Shown: positions 19,947-20,481 of the stretch, one piece after another | How the letters are laid out: each line of letters begins with the position of its first letter | How positions within the stretch are numbered: position 1 is the stretch's first letter | The notes under the pieces: generated by a model | What the model was told of the DNA's origin: nothing | The model's database searches: none | What the model saw: the letters and a program-made list of their open reading frames with translations, nothing else | Source of the DNA: Octopus sinensis | Taxonomy: Eukaryota | Direction: 5' to 3' | Length of the DNA stretch: 20,481 nucleotides | Assembly: GCF_006345805.1 (NCBI RefSeq) | Contig: NW_021823860.1 | Span: 1 to 20,481 of the forward strand | Made by a program: the position numbers and the translations under genes

Positions 19947-20207
19947 ATTTTAATCCAAACGGGAAACAAAAAAACAACAACAATGGAACAATTACAGTAT
20001 TATTATTAATAGGCGCTCAGGAAATGGAAGCAGGGATATATATAATATATATGTTGTGTGTATATATTTATATTATATATATATATTATATTATATATAT
20101 ATATGTGTGTGTGTGGTGTGTGTGGTGTGTTGTGATGTTTGTCTGTTTATATCTCTCTATATATATTATGTATATTTAAATAAAAAACATTTTATTGAAT
20201 ACACAAT

Positions 20208-20470
20208 CTCAGGCGTGGCTGTGTGTTAAGAAGCTTGCTTCCAAACCACACAGTTCTGGGTTCAGTCCCATTGCGTGGTACCTTGGGCAAGTGTCTTCTA
20301 CTATAGCCCCAGGCCGGCCAAATTCTTGTGAGTGGATTTTGGTAGATGGAAACTGAAAAGAAACCCGTCGCATATATATATATATATATATATATTGTAT
20401 ATCATTATATATGTATATCTCTATATGTGTGGTTTTGTTTCTGTGTTGGTTTGTTTACGTCCCCGTAACT
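20208..20470 (+). mobile_element. OR2-like CORE SINE with internal (TA)n
   Basis: GGCGTGGCTGTGTGTTAAGAAGCTTGC..GGGTTCAGTCCC..ACCTTGGGCAAGTGTCTTCTAC..GTTTACGTCCCCGTAACT. Confidence 0.9.
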
Positions 20471-20481
20471 GGGTTTGTACG

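Overview
AT-rich, repeat-saturated eukaryotic DNA with no intact protein-coding gene I can support. The repeat families (tRNA-derived SINEs resembling the published octopus OR1/OR2/OK types, plus very dense (TA)n/(TG)n/(AAT)n/(GATA)n tracts) fit an intron or intergenic region of an octopod genome. That assignment rests on recalled family resemblance, not a search. Nearly all ORFs in the supplied track are microsatellite or SINE read-through artefacts. The real coding remnants are frameshifted and so missed by the track: (i) an N-terminal mariner transposase fragment (2500-2870, -) and (ii) two 5'-truncated R4/Dong-type non-LTR retrotransposons with restriction-like endonuclease (RLE) domains (12285-13002 +, 13808-14373 -), both inside (AAT)n tracts. 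Other notable structure: a 226-bp near-perfect foldback MITE, a TTAA-flanked piggyBac-type MITE, a candidate minimal hammerhead ribozyme in a Penelope-like terminus (4756-4797), SINEs with 184-bp internal tandem units that multiply the Pol III B-box, SINE head/core/tail shuffling, and an apparent ~75-120 bp target-site duplication. One weak host-exon candidate lies at 13346-13547. I see no clear evidence of a wholly new biological system; the best leads are in mobile-element biology.
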